Shown one piece after another: positions 18,280-32,024 of a stretch of 64,000 nucleotides of DNA. The translations under genes and the position numbers were made by a program. This DNA is from Thermodesulfobacteriota bacterium (lineage in GTDB: Bacteria; Desulfobacterota; Desulfarculia; JACQYL01): contig CAXXLZ010000002.1 of the NCBI GenBank assembly GCA_963675595.2, positions 3,840,001-3,904,000 on the forward strand, written 5' to 3'. The notes beneath the pieces were generated by a model, which was not told the DNA's origin, did not search any database, and saw nothing but the letters and a program-made list of their open reading frames with translations. Every line of letters starts with the position of its first letter. Position 1 is the stretch's first letter.

Positions 18280-19047
18280 TCAACGGGGGACCGGCTCTGA
18301 AGATACGGCCTTCACCGTATACTCGGAGAGGTTTTCCGGAAAATCGGAGAAAACCAAGCTGAATGGAATGGAATCACCGGAATTGACATATTCGTCCGAG
18401 CGCTCCTTGCCGGACCGATTGTTCATCAATGCCTCGATTTGCTGAATGGAGAGGGCTTGGATTTCCTGTTCGCTGATGGGATTTCCGGCAAAAGCGGTAA
18501 CTTTCCTTACGTTTTGTTCCGTATCGGTGTGCAGACTTCCTTCCAGTCGAATGAATCGCACGGGATTGGGGTAATCGTTTTGTACGATTCCACTGATTAC
18601 GAAGAGCCTATCAAGACTGTCCGATTCAAAGAAGTCGCCTTCGACCTGATAGAGGGAAAGACGTAGATTACCGGGATCTTGAGGGGCCATCGTTTCCTGC
18701 GGCCCGGAGGTGAAGGTGGGAACCATGTAACCTTTCATCCAGGCGAAGATACCGAAGCCCAACACGGAAAGAGAAATCAGGATGGCTAAGAGTCGCTTGT
18801 AGGATCCGAGTTTGGAGCTCAAGGACTCCCCGGAATTCTTACCCTTCGCGGATTGTCCGAGGTTGAGTTTGGACATGAACGCCTGCGATCGCGGAGCGCC
18901 GGCGCCGCCTGAGGCGGAGGAAGCGCCGGGCTTCTTCACTTCGAAGATGTGCCGACACCTGGAGCAACGGACTTTAGTGGCCGCGCCTTTTATTTTGTCG
19001 GTATCGAGTTTGAACTTGGTGGAGCACTTGGGGCATTCGACGACCAT
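18280..19047 (-). CDS. MJ0042-type zinc-ribbon / DUF3426 membrane protein
   Basis: N-terminal CPKC...KVRCSRC finger, linker, single TM, C-terminal beta-rich domain. Confidence 0.8.
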   Translation of the reverse strand: MVVECPKCSTKFKLDTDKIKGAATKVRCSRCRHIFEVKKPGASSASGGAGAPRSQAFMSKLNLGQSAKGKNSGESLSSKLGSYKRLLAILISLSVLGFGIFAWMKGYMVPTFTSGPQETMAPQDPGNLRLSLYQVEGDFFESDSLDRLFVISGIVQNDYPNPVRFIRLEGSLHTDTEQNVRKVTAFAGNPISEQEIQALSIQQIEALMNNRSGKERSDEYVNSGDSIPFSLVFSDFPENLSEYTVKAVSSEPVPR

Positions 19048-19067
19048 GGCGCTCTCCGGTCCTCGGT

Positions 19068-19589
19068 TCAGACCTCAAGGTGGTATATGTCGTTCAATAA
19101 CCGGTGGTCTTCATTGTAGTCCAGTCCATAACCCACCAGAAAGCCTTCCTCAACGGTAAATCCCACATAGTCGAGGCGAGTCTCGTGGGTTCTGCGTTCG
19201 GTCTTGTCGATGAGTACGCAGGTCTTGACGTCGGCCGCGCCGCGTTCTTCGAGCTTCTTCAAGAACCATTGGAGCGTGTATCCGCTGTCTACAATGTCTT
19301 CCACTACCAACACATGACGGCCCTTGATGTCGAATTCCACGTCTTTGACCAGTTGAATGGAACCCGATGAAGTGCTGCCGGAGTAGCTCCGTAATCGTAC
19401 GAAGTCGACCTGGGCCGGAATGGTGAGATAACGGGTGAGGTCTCCCATGAAACGAAAGACCCCGTTCAGGACTCCGATCAGAAGCGGGTACTTGTCGCTG
19501 TAATCGATATCCAGGCGTGCCGCCATTTCACCGACGCGTTCGAGAATGCGGGATTCAGGGAGTACGAGACTTTTGGAATACTCAGGCAT
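19068..19589 (-). CDS. hpt: Hypoxanthine phosphoribosyltransferase
   Basis: PRPP motif VLVVEDIVDSGYTL; FLVGYGLDY. Confidence 0.93.
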   Translation of the reverse strand: MPEYSKSLVLPESRILERVGEMAARLDIDYSDKYPLLIGVLNGVFRFMGDLTRYLTIPAQVDFVRLRSYSGSTSSGSIQLVKDVEFDIKGRHVLVVEDIVDSGYTLQWFLKKLEERGAADVKTCVLIDKTERRTHETRLDYVGFTVEEGFLVGYGLDYNEDHRLLNDIYHLEV

Positions 19590-19863
19590 GATGATGGCAT
19601 CCAGTCGGAAGTTTGGTTTCCTTTAAACCAATCCACGGATAAAGTCAATATCGTCGGGGCGTTCTGAAGCTTCGGATGGAAATTATGGGTAAGAGGAATC
19701 CGAATGGAGCGCCGGTCGGTCGAGCCTCGACGAGGCGACGTCGGGTTCGGCTCCATGTTGCGTCGAAGGAGTGGGGCGGAGTGCCGGACCGGGGAATTTC
19801 CTTGCAGGAAGCGGATCGAAGCTGTTACAAACCTATTTTTTTGTTGAAAAAATAGGGGATTGA

Positions 19864-21003
<1,140 letters not shown>

Positions 21004-21511
21004 CGGCGACTCGCCTCACCTCTTCACCTCGACTTCGCACGAGCTCACCCGGAGGATCGGCATGCCGGAAACTCAGCGACGGTTCGTTCATGCGTGACCG
21101 TCGGCGGTCGCAAGCTCGGTGCGAAATCCCGACGGTCCGGCTCGCGAAGGAGAGACTCTTTGTTCCGTCGGATCCCGCCATCGACACCCGTCATGGCGTT
21201 CGAACGCGGATGCGGTTCAACCCTCCTCCACGAAGCAACCAATGATTCCGGCCTGATGGTTTGGGGGAAGTGCAGGAGTCTTCCCGCCGAGTTCCCTCCA
21301 TTTTGATGCTCACAGCGCTTGGTTCGGCACGATCAGAGCACCGGAGAACCCCTGCGGACACTCCGGTCGCAGCCGGAGTTCCTCTTGAATTTCATGGGGA
21401 TCAGTGACATGATTCAAAAGATATGATCCGATCCGCCTACTTTTTCCCGTCACCGCCGGGGGTTGCTTTCTGAAGCGCAGAATCATTATCAGTCTGGTTT
21501 TCGTAATCTGC

Positions 21512-22324
21512 ATGGTGGCCGCCGGGATCGTCATGTCGCCGAGAAACCGCTACGGGGACTTTGATCTGGTCCAGAGACTCACTGTGGAGGCCGTTGCTCC
21601 CGTGCAGGAAGGATTCGACTTTATCACCCGATCTCTGGTTTCGGTGTGGGAGTCTTATGTGGATTTACTGGACACCCAACGGGAGAACCGTGAATTGCGG
21701 AGTTTGGCCGCGGAGCTGGAATACGAGTTGAATCTTCTACGTGAAGACCGTGCGGAGAATCTGCGATTGCGAAAGCTTCTCGAATTCAAGAGGAAAGAAG
21801 CCAAGGTCATGATTCCCGCCCAAGTCGTGGCATGGGACCCGTCCAAATGGGTCCAGACCATCATGATCGACAAAGGAGAAGAAGCCGGGGTTGGAAAGAA
21901 CATGGCCGTAGTCTCTTACTCGGGCATTGTAGGCCGGGTCATCGCCGTTTCTTCCCATTACGCCAAAGTGCTGCTCATCCTGGACCAGAATAGTGCGGTG
22001 AACTCGATCCTTCAAACGAGTCGTTCGAGAGCCGTCTTGGGAGGGATGGGAGGTTCTCTCTGTGAATTGAAATACGTCCCCCCTTCCGAATATGTGGCCG
22101 TGGGAGAGGCGGTCGTAACTTCAGGCCTGAGCGGTTTCTTTCCAAAGGGCATACTGCTGGGGTATGTCAAGTCGGCGGAGCAGAATCCCGGTGAGCTGTT
22201 TCAGTCCATCCTCGTTGTTCCGGCGGTGGATTTCTCCACTCTGGAAGAAGTGATGGTGATATTAGACCGACCCGGGCGGTTCATCCCTCAAGCCACGGAG
22301 CCCGAGCCGGATGAGGATAGCTGA
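21512..22324 (+). CDS. mreC: Rod shape-determining protein MreC
   Basis: Coiled coil ENLRLRKLL, IDKG, GIVGRV, VTSGLSGFFPKGI; the start may be about 14 codons upstream (CTG at 21470). Confidence 0.92.
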   Translation: MVAAGIVMSPRNRYGDFDLVQRLTVEAVAPVQEGFDFITRSLVSVWESYVDLLDTQRENRELRSLAAELEYELNLLREDRAENLRLRKLLEFKRKEAKVMIPAQVVAWDPSKWVQTIMIDKGEEAGVGKNMAVVSYSGIVGRVIAVSSHYAKVLLILDQNSAVNSILQTSRSRAVLGGMGGSLCELKYVPPSEYVAVGEAVVTSGLSGFFPKGILLGYVKSAEQNPGELFQSILVVPAVDFSTLEEVMVILDRPGRFIPQATEPEPDEDS

Positions 22325-22820
22325 AACCCTTCTGTTTTTGGGCTGGGCGCTGGTGCTGTTTGTCCTGCATACCGCTTGGCTGGGTCAAGTATCCGCTCTG
22401 TACGCCTGCCATTGTTTTCTCGTTCTCATCGTGTATCTGGGGCTCACGCGGCATCCGGCAGTGGGCGGTTGGGTCACCGTGTTCGTGGGACTGTTGGTGG
22501 ATACGTACTCGGGCGGCATTTTCGGTGCTCATATCCTGTTGTATGTCTTGATATTCGTAGTGACCTGTATTGCGGGGAGAAGCGTCAATCTCGCCCTGGG
22601 ATTGTATCGGATGGGCGTGGTTCTGGTGCTTGACCTGTTCTTCCGCTTCTCGATTTTGGCCATGCTCGCGGCTCTCCTGGATTTTCGGTTCGACTCGGCC
22701 CGTCCGGTTCTGTGGTACGCCATTGTCACCGCGCTGGTCAGTCCTCTGCTTTTTCGTGCTTTCGACGGCACCAGGATGTGGGTACAAGAGGCTACCCTGG
22801 AATGGAAATACAAAAAGTAA
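22311..22820 (+). CDS. mreD: Rod shape-determining protein MreD
   Basis: Hydrophobic 169-aa protein with GLLVDTYSG, located between mreC and mrdA. Confidence 0.85.
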   Translation: MRIAETLLFLGWALVLFVLHTAWLGQVSALYACHCFLVLIVYLGLTRHPAVGGWVTVFVGLLVDTYSGGIFGAHILLYVLIFVVTCIAGRSVNLALGLYRMGVVLVLDLFFRFSILAMLAALLDFRFDSARPVLWYAIVTALVSPLLFRAFDGTRMWVQEATLEWKYKK

Positions 22821-24700
22821 AACGGGGATTCACTCCCGTAAGCCTGCACGAAACACCGGATCTGGACAGGCGATTCATTATATTCGCCCTGGCCGCGACG
22901 GTCGTGGTGGGCGTGCTTACCCTGAGGCTGTGGTATTTGCAGCTTTACAAGGGCGACGAGTACCATAACCTGTCCATACACAACCGCATTCGTTTAAGGC
23001 ATCTCATGCCCATGCGCGGCCTGATCTTGGACCGCAAAGGGCGAGTGCTGGTGAGCAACCGACCGTCCTTCAGCGTCTACATGGACATGGATCAGGCCGA
23101 CGTCGACGGGCGGGTCGCGCAACGTCTCGGTGCGATTCTCGGATTCTCCAAAGACGAATTCTCCACAGTCTTTCGGCAGGGGAAGAAGGATGTATTTACC
23201 AATAGGGTGCTGGTCAAATCCAACATCTCCTGGGCTGAATTGTCGAGGGTGGAAACCCTGAAATACGAACTCCCCGGCGTCACCATCCAGGCGGAGCCGA
23301 AACGCCACTACGTTTACCCCGGTCTCGCGTGCCACTTGGTGGGGTATTTAGGCGAGGTGAGCAACACCGAGCTGGAAAGGAAAGAGTTTACAGGGGCGCT
23401 CGTGGGTGAGTACGTGGGAAAAAGCGGTATCGAGCGTGCCAAGCAGCAGTTCCTGCGCGGACTTAAAGGGGGACGTCATGTCGAAGTGGACGCTGCGGGA
23501 CGGGAAATCAAGACACTGAACCGCGTTGACGCGCTGCCCGGCGACAATGTGTACCTGACCTTGGACATGGAGCTTCAGTCCGTGGTGGAAGCCGAGCTCC
23601 GGGACAAGGTGGGCGCCATCGTCGCCATGGATCCGCGAACCGGTGAAATATTGGCCCTGGCGTCGAGTCCCGGATACGATCAGAATCTTTTCGTGGAGGG
23701 TATCTCTCTGGAAGCCTGGAAGGATATCCGAGACAATCCGCTGAATCCACTTCAGAACCGTGCTACACAGGGACAGTACCCGCCGGGATCCACCTTCAAG
23801 ATCGTAACGGCCTTGGCGGGACTTGCGGAAGGGGTTGTCACTCCGGAGACTGCGTTCGATTGTCATGGTGCGTACAGCCTGGGAAACCGGATCTACCATT
23901 GCTGGAAAAGCTGGGGGCATGGTCGGGTGGATATTACGAGGGCCATAGCCGAATCGTGCGACGTGTACTTCTACCAATTGGGGCAGCGCTTGGGTGTGGA
24001 CGTGATCGCCCGGTACGCGGCGAAGTTGGGATTTTCCGAAAGCACGGGCATCATCCTGGAATCGGAGCGGGCCGGCCTGATCCCCACGTCCGCCTGGAAA
24101 CTTAGACGGTTCCGGGTACCGTGGCAGAAAGGCGAAACCCTGTCTATGGCCATTGGGCAAAGCTTCAATTTGGTGACACCGCTGCAGTGTGCGGTGGCCT
24201 TTTCCGCTCTGGCCAACGGCGGGCATGTCATGGTGCCCGCCGCCGTTCGAAGGGTCGAGACGTCGGATGGAAGCCTGATCCAGTCTTTCACCCCCAAAGT
24301 CAGGAAAGAAACGGGGGTGGCGCCGGAGCAACTCAATGTTTTGGTGGAGGCCCTTCGCCAGGCTGTGGAGGGCTCCGCGGGAACGGGGCGAAAGGCCGCG
24401 GTCGAAGGATTATCCGTGGCGGGAAAAACGGGTACCGTCCAAGTGGTGTCTTTGCGGGATCCGAAAAACAGAAAAGATGTGGAAGAGACGCCGTACAAGT
24501 TTCGCGACCACGCTTGGTTTGTCTGTTTCGCTCCGGCGGAAAAACCTAGGATCGCTCTCGCGGTGCTGATTGAGCATGCGGGGCATGGAGGATCGGTGGC
24601 CGCCCCCGTGGCCGGCAACGTGCTCAAGGCTTGGGTGGCGCTCCAGAATGCGGAACAGCCGGAGCTGGAGGTATCTCAAGGGCTCGAAAGCGGCAGGTAG
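22802..24700 (+). CDS. mrdA: Penicillin-binding protein 2
   Basis: RGLILDR, SxxK (PGSTFK), SCDVYFY, KTGT motifs; mre operon context. Confidence 0.93.
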   Translation: MEIQKVKRGFTPVSLHETPDLDRRFIIFALAATVVVGVLTLRLWYLQLYKGDEYHNLSIHNRIRLRHLMPMRGLILDRKGRVLVSNRPSFSVYMDMDQADVDGRVAQRLGAILGFSKDEFSTVFRQGKKDVFTNRVLVKSNISWAELSRVETLKYELPGVTIQAEPKRHYVYPGLACHLVGYLGEVSNTELERKEFTGALVGEYVGKSGIERAKQQFLRGLKGGRHVEVDAAGREIKTLNRVDALPGDNVYLTLDMELQSVVEAELRDKVGAIVAMDPRTGEILALASSPGYDQNLFVEGISLEAWKDIRDNPLNPLQNRATQGQYPPGSTFKIVTALAGLAEGVVTPETAFDCHGAYSLGNRIYHCWKSWGHGRVDITRAIAESCDVYFYQLGQRLGVDVIARYAAKLGFSESTGIILESERAGLIPTSAWKLRRFRVPWQKGETLSMAIGQSFNLVTPLQCAVAFSALANGGHVMVPAAVRRVETSDGSLIQSFTPKVRKETGVAPEQLNVLVEALRQAVEGSAGTGRKAAVEGLSVAGKTGTVQVVSLRDPKNRKDVEETPYKFRDHAWFVCFAPAEKPRIALAVLIEHAGHGGSVAAPVAGNVLKAWVALQNAEQPELEVSQGLESGR

Positions 24701-24711
24701 GAGGAGACGGG

Positions 24712-25806
24712 TTGTTCGACAGAAGGCTCGTAAAGCATTTTGACTGGTTTTTGTTGTGTCTGATCCTGATGATCTGCGGAGTGGGGCTGGCCAATCTTTA
24801 CAGCGCCACCGTGCGCACCGAGGGGCAGTTGGTTTTCTATCGGCAATCCCTGTGGGTTTGCATCGGATTGGGGTTGGTGCTGGTAAGCCTGTTTTTCAAT
24901 TACCATCTGCTGGAGAGGGTGGCGGTACCGTTGTATGTCTTTACTTTGATACTACTGGTTCTGCCTTTGGTGCTCGGTCCGGTGGTCGGCGGCTCGAAGC
25001 GTTGGATCATCTTGGGGCCGCTTTCCTTCCAGCCCTCGGAGCTGGCCAAACCGGTCATGGTGGTCATGATGGCGAGGATCTTCTACCGGAAGAACCTGAA
25101 CCGGAGCCTCGGGCTGCGAGACCTGCTGCTTCCCTTTCTGGTGATGGCGCTTCCGGCGGTTCTGATTCTCAAAGAACCCGATTTGGGCACGGCGATTCTG
25201 TGTGTGCTCATCGGATTGTCGATTTTGTTGTTCATCCGGGTCCGATGGCAAGTGACGGCGGCGAGCATAAGCGGTGTGATTTTATCGTTGCCTTTTCTTT
25301 GGAAGGTGCTTAAGGACTATCAGAAGAAGCGGATTCTGACCTTTTTCAATCCGGAATGGGACCCGCTTGGGGCCGGCTACCACGTCACTCAGTCCAAGAT
25401 TGCCGTGGGATCGGGGCGCCTGGCGGGAAAAGGGTATCTCTCCAGCACTCAGAGCCATCTGAACTTTCTGCCGGAGCATCACACGGATTTCGCCTTTTCC
25501 GTACTTGCGGAGGAGTGGGGCTTCGTTGGATCGATCATCGTGATGGCGCTGTTTCTGACCTTGGTGCTCTGGGGCTTGAACATTGGGAGGAGGTCCAAGG
25601 ACCTGTACGGATCGTTGCTGGCGGTGGGGCTTGTGGCCATGTTGTTTTGGCCCCTGGTCATCAACGTGGGGATGGTGACCGGGATTCTGCCGGTGGTGGG
25701 AATTCCTTTGCCTCTGATCTCCTATGGAGGCTCCAACGCACTGAGCACCCTGTTCGCTGCGGGCCTGCTGATGAACATCAGCATGCGGCGATTCATGTTC
25801 AAGTGA
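24712..25806 (+). CDS. rodA: Rod shape-determining SEDS protein RodA
   Basis: FQPSELAK, EPDLGTA, GYHVTQSKIAVGSG, PEHHTDF, PLISYGGS; TTG start after GGAGG. Confidence 0.94.
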   Translation: MFDRRLVKHFDWFLLCLILMICGVGLANLYSATVRTEGQLVFYRQSLWVCIGLGLVLVSLFFNYHLLERVAVPLYVFTLILLVLPLVLGPVVGGSKRWIILGPLSFQPSELAKPVMVVMMARIFYRKNLNRSLGLRDLLLPFLVMALPAVLILKEPDLGTAILCVLIGLSILLFIRVRWQVTAASISGVILSLPFLWKVLKDYQKKRILTFFNPEWDPLGAGYHVTQSKIAVGSGRLAGKGYLSSTQSHLNFLPEHHTDFAFSVLAEEWGFVGSIIVMALFLTLVLWGLNIGRRSKDLYGSLLAVGLVAMLFWPLVINVGMVTGILPVVGIPLPLISYGGSNALSTLFAAGLLMNISMRRFMFK

Positions 25807-25858
25807 AAATGGGGAAAGGCGGGCTTTTCTGAAAGGATTTCTTTTCGCAAAAAATCCT

Positions 25859-25887
25859 TTGACAACCCTCCCTGAATCATGTAATAA
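25859..25887 (+). promoter_or_regulatory. Putative sigma70 promoter of the atp operon
   Basis: TTGACA-N17-TAATAA upstream of atpF'. Confidence 0.45.
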
Positions 25888-25943
25888 CCTGCATCGTTCC
25901 AGCACGTACTTTATTTCACATTCTTAAGGGGAGTCGTGTCTGC

Positions 25944-26372
25944 ATGGTCAAAATTGATAACTCCTTGTTTTTTCAGATATTCAACTTCCTGGTTCTGCTC
26001 TGGATCCTCAATCTGATTCTCTATAAGCCGATTCGAAGGATTCTTGCCGAAAGAAAACAGCGGATTGAGGGGTATTTGAAAGATATCAAGGAATTGGGGA
26101 AGCAGATCGACGAAGAACAGGAAGAAATTACCCGGCTTTCCAATGAAGCGCGTCGTATGGGATTCGAGGAAAAGGAAGCCTTGAAGCAACAGGCTCGAAA
26201 AGAAGAAGAGCGCATCCTATCCGAAATGTCGACGCAGATGGAAGTCAGGATCGGGGCAATGAAGGAACAGATCGCCGGAGACGTGGCGGAAGCGCGCAAG
26301 GCCCTGAAAGGGCAGTTGGATACGTTCGCCCGCGAACTGGCCGTCAAGATTTTGGGGAGGCAAGTCGGATGA
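25944..26372 (+). CDS. atpF: ATP synthase Fo subunit b'
   Basis: QIFNFLVLLWILNLILYKPI followed by a coiled coil; first gene of the atp operon. Confidence 0.88.
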   Translation: MVKIDNSLFFQIFNFLVLLWILNLILYKPIRRILAERKQRIEGYLKDIKELGKQIDEEQEEITRLSNEARRMGFEEKEALKQQARKEEERILSEMSTQMEVRIGAMKEQIAGDVAEARKALKGQLDTFARELAVKILGRQVG

Positions 26373-27031
26373 TCGTGGACAGGCGAAAAATCGGTGTGGG
26401 ATTGATGTTGATCGCGGTCCTGTTGGCGGCCTTCCTTTGCGTGAACGTAACTTCGGGGGGGCTGGGCGCCCCGGCGTACGCGTCGGAAGCAACGACCCAC
26501 GGAGAAGAGGGGCATGGCGGTGAAACGGCGGCCCACGGAGGCGACTCCTCGGCCAAGCTGATGGACCTGTTATATCGGACGATCTGTTTCGGCGTGGTCT
26601 TCTTGGGTCTGTTCTTCCTCCTCCGCAAAGTCATTCCTCAGTTTCTCTCCAACCGACGTGAATCCATCAAGCAGGAACTGGATGAGCTTGAAAAGAAGAA
26701 GAAAGACACGGAAGCCATGTTGGGCGACTTCCGTAAGAAGCTTAAAGAGATCGAGTCGGAGCGCGAAAGCATCATCGCTGAGTATGTGAAGGAAGGTGAA
26801 GCGGAAAAGGAAAAAATCATCGAGCAGGCGAAGATCATGGGAGAACGGATCGAGGAGCAGGCTCGATGGACTATCGACCAAGAGGTGAAGCGGGCCAAGA
26901 CGGACTTGCGTTCGGAGATCGCTGAACTCGCGGCTGCCATGGCTGAAGAGGTAATTCGTAAGAACATCGGTGAAGAAGACGAAAAAAGATTAGTTGACGA
27001 ATACTTAGAAAAGGTGGTGGAAACGGCGTGA
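26369..27031 (+). CDS. atpF: ATP synthase Fo subunit b (with His/Gly-rich N-terminal extension)
   Basis: TM segment plus long coiled coil ending RLVDEYLEKV; lies between b' and delta. Confidence 0.88.
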   Translation: MIVDRRKIGVGLMLIAVLLAAFLCVNVTSGGLGAPAYASEATTHGEEGHGGETAAHGGDSSAKLMDLLYRTICFGVVFLGLFFLLRKVIPQFLSNRRESIKQELDELEKKKKDTEAMLGDFRKKLKEIESERESIIAEYVKEGEAEKEKIIEQAKIMGERIEEQARWTIDQEVKRAKTDLRSEIAELAAAMAEEVIRKNIGEEDEKRLVDEYLEKVVETA

Positions 27032-27573
27032 GCAGCAAGATTTTAGCAAGACGGTACGCCAACGCCCTATTGGCGGTTGGGAAGGAGGACGGCCAGTTTC
27101 TCCAATATGGAGAAGAACTGAATGAGTTTGCCGGCCTGCTCAAAGAGAACAAACAACTCCTGGATGCTCTATCAAACCCCTTGTACAAGGTGAAGAGCCG
27201 GAAGGCGGTGCTCTCGTTCCTTCTCGACCGGAGCAAGTACTCGCCGATGGTGACCAATTTCATCAACCTTTTGATGGAAAAAGGCCGCATCCGATTCGTC
27301 GCGGGGATCACGGAGCGCTATGGCGAGCTTACGGACTCTATCCAGAATATCGCCCGCGCGACACTGGTTTCGGCGGTGAAGCTACCAGAGGACACCGTTG
27401 ACCGGGTCAAGGAAGCGGTTGAGAAGATAACCAAGAAAACCATCAGGCTCCAGAGCGAGGTGGATCCGGCGCTGATTGGTGGAATCGTCACCAGAGTAGG
27501 TGATTTGATTTTCGACGGCAGTGTTCGGAGTCAGTTGGAGAGTCTGAAGAAATCATTGAAGAGGGGTGACTAG
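27028..27573 (+). CDS. atpH: ATP synthase F1 delta subunit
   Basis: [24 protein letters not shown]. Confidence 0.93.
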   Translation: MSSKILARRYANALLAVGKEDGQFLQYGEELNEFAGLLKENKQLLDALSNPLYKVKSRKAVLSFLLDRSKYSPMVTNFINLLMEKGRIRFVAGITERYGELTDSIQNIARATLVSAVKLPEDTVDRVKEAVEKITKKTIRLQSEVDPALIGGIVTRVGDLIFDGSVRSQLESLKKSLKRGD

Positions 27574-27578
27574 GCTCT

Positions 27579-29093
<1,515 letters not shown>

Positions 29094-29111
29094 AAGGAAA
29101 CGGGAACTCCC

Positions 29112-29999
29112 ATGGCATCACTTAGAGACGTTAAACGAAAGATCGGGGCGGTCAAAAAGACCAAGCAGATCACCAAGGCCATGAACATGGTCTCGGCTGC
29201 GAAGCTTCGCGGCGCCCAGAACCGGATGGAGCAGTTCAAACCATACGCGGCGAAGTTTGGTGAAGTGTTGGAAAACCTGTCGCTCAGGTGCGACCCGGAC
29301 ATACATCCTTTGTTGGTGCAACGGGAAGAGGTGAAAAACGTCGAGCTCATCCTCGTTACCTCCGACCGCGGGCTGTGCGGGAGCTACAACACGAACCTCA
29401 ACAACACCGCGTTCAGGTGGTTTCAAGAGCAGAAGCGCCTTGGACGAAACCCTCTTTTGACGGTTATCGGTCGGAAGGGCCGGGACTTCTTTCGAAGAAG
29501 AAGGTTCGATTTTCGGGGATCCTACACGGACTATTATGGTAGCTACGACTACTCCGTTGCTCACGAAATCGCCCAGAAGAGCATTGACGGCTACCTGTTC
29601 GGAGAGGTGGACGAGGTCCACGTGCTCTACGCTGAGTTTATCAACGTGGGGATTCAGAGACCGAGGCTCTTCAAACTGATTCCCATTGCCCCGACGGTCT
29701 GCGCGGCCGACGAGGGGGAAGAGCAGCCCGCCCAACTATCCGAATATCTTTGCGAGCCTTCGGCGGAAGAACTTCTGATTGAACTGCTGCCGAAAAACAT
29801 AGACGTGCAGGTGACGAGCATTCTGCTTGAAGCGGTCGCCGCGGAACACGCCGCCCGTATGACCGCCATGGACAATGCCCAATCGAACTGTAACGATATG
29901 CTTGAACGGCTGACGCTGATCTACAACAAAGCTCGGCAAGCTTCGATCACAACGGAGCTCATGGACATTGTCGGTGGCTCGGAAGCCTTGAAAGGTTAA
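29112..29999 (+). CDS. atpG: ATP synthase F1 gamma subunit
   Basis: QITKAMNMVSAAKL, SDRGLCG, RMTAMDNA, RQASITTEL. Confidence 0.97.
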   Translation: MASLRDVKRKIGAVKKTKQITKAMNMVSAAKLRGAQNRMEQFKPYAAKFGEVLENLSLRCDPDIHPLLVQREEVKNVELILVTSDRGLCGSYNTNLNNTAFRWFQEQKRLGRNPLLTVIGRKGRDFFRRRRFDFRGSYTDYYGSYDYSVAHEIAQKSIDGYLFGEVDEVHVLYAEFINVGIQRPRLFKLIPIAPTVCAADEGEEQPAQLSEYLCEPSAEELLIELLPKNIDVQVTSILLEAVAAEHAARMTAMDNAQSNCNDMLERLTLIYNKARQASITTELMDIVGGSEALKG

Positions 30000-30003
30000 C
30001 TAA

Positions 30004-31431
<1,428 letters not shown>

Positions 31432-31440
31432 ACCGCGACC

Positions 31441-31866
31441 ATGGCTGACAAGGACAAGATCCTCCTTGAGGTGGTAACACCGGAAAAGGTTCTGGCCCAG
31501 GTTAAGGCGGACATCGTCGTTGCTCCCGGATACGAGGGTGAGTTTGGTGTGCTTCCCGGCCACTTGCCCTTTCTCACTTCCCTCCAGACCGGTGAGATGT
31601 ACTATAAGGACGGTGGAGAGACGCACTACTTGGCCATTAACGGCGGGTACGCGGAGGTTCTTCCTGACAAGGTCACGGTATTGGCCGAGGAGGCGGAATC
31701 CGCCAGAGACATAGACGTCGATCGTGCCAAGCGTGCCAGGGAACGTGCCGAGGAACGCATTAAGAAAGCAAAATCGGAAGGTTTGGACTACATCCAGGCG
31801 GAGGCCGAGCTTCGGCGAGCCATGGTGTGGCTGAAAGTTGCCGAAAGGCGGCTCAGCGTACAATAA
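31441..31866 (+). CDS. atpC: ATP synthase F1 epsilon subunit
   Basis: LEVVTPE, GEFGVLPGH, GGYAEV. Confidence 0.95.
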   Translation: MADKDKILLEVVTPEKVLAQVKADIVVAPGYEGEFGVLPGHLPFLTSLQTGEMYYKDGGETHYLAINGGYAEVLPDKVTVLAEEAESARDIDVDRAKRARERAEERIKKAKSEGLDYIQAEAELRRAMVWLKVAERRLSVQ

Positions 31867-31892
31867 GAGTTCAAAAATATTCGAGACGAATT

Positions 31893-31924
31893 GGGGGGCG
31901 GCTTAGGTCGCCCCCTCTTTTTTG
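31893..31924 (+). terminator. Rho-independent terminator after atpC
   Basis: ggggggcggc-ttag-gtcgccccct hairpin followed by a T run. Confidence 0.75.
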
Positions 31925-32024
31925 GGATGATGGAGAAAGATCGTTTGCCGGGCGTGCTTGCGTAGTGGTAAGGTGGCTCGCTGTTGAGGAGGTTTGACTT
32001 CATCCTGAGAGGAACGGTGGACGT

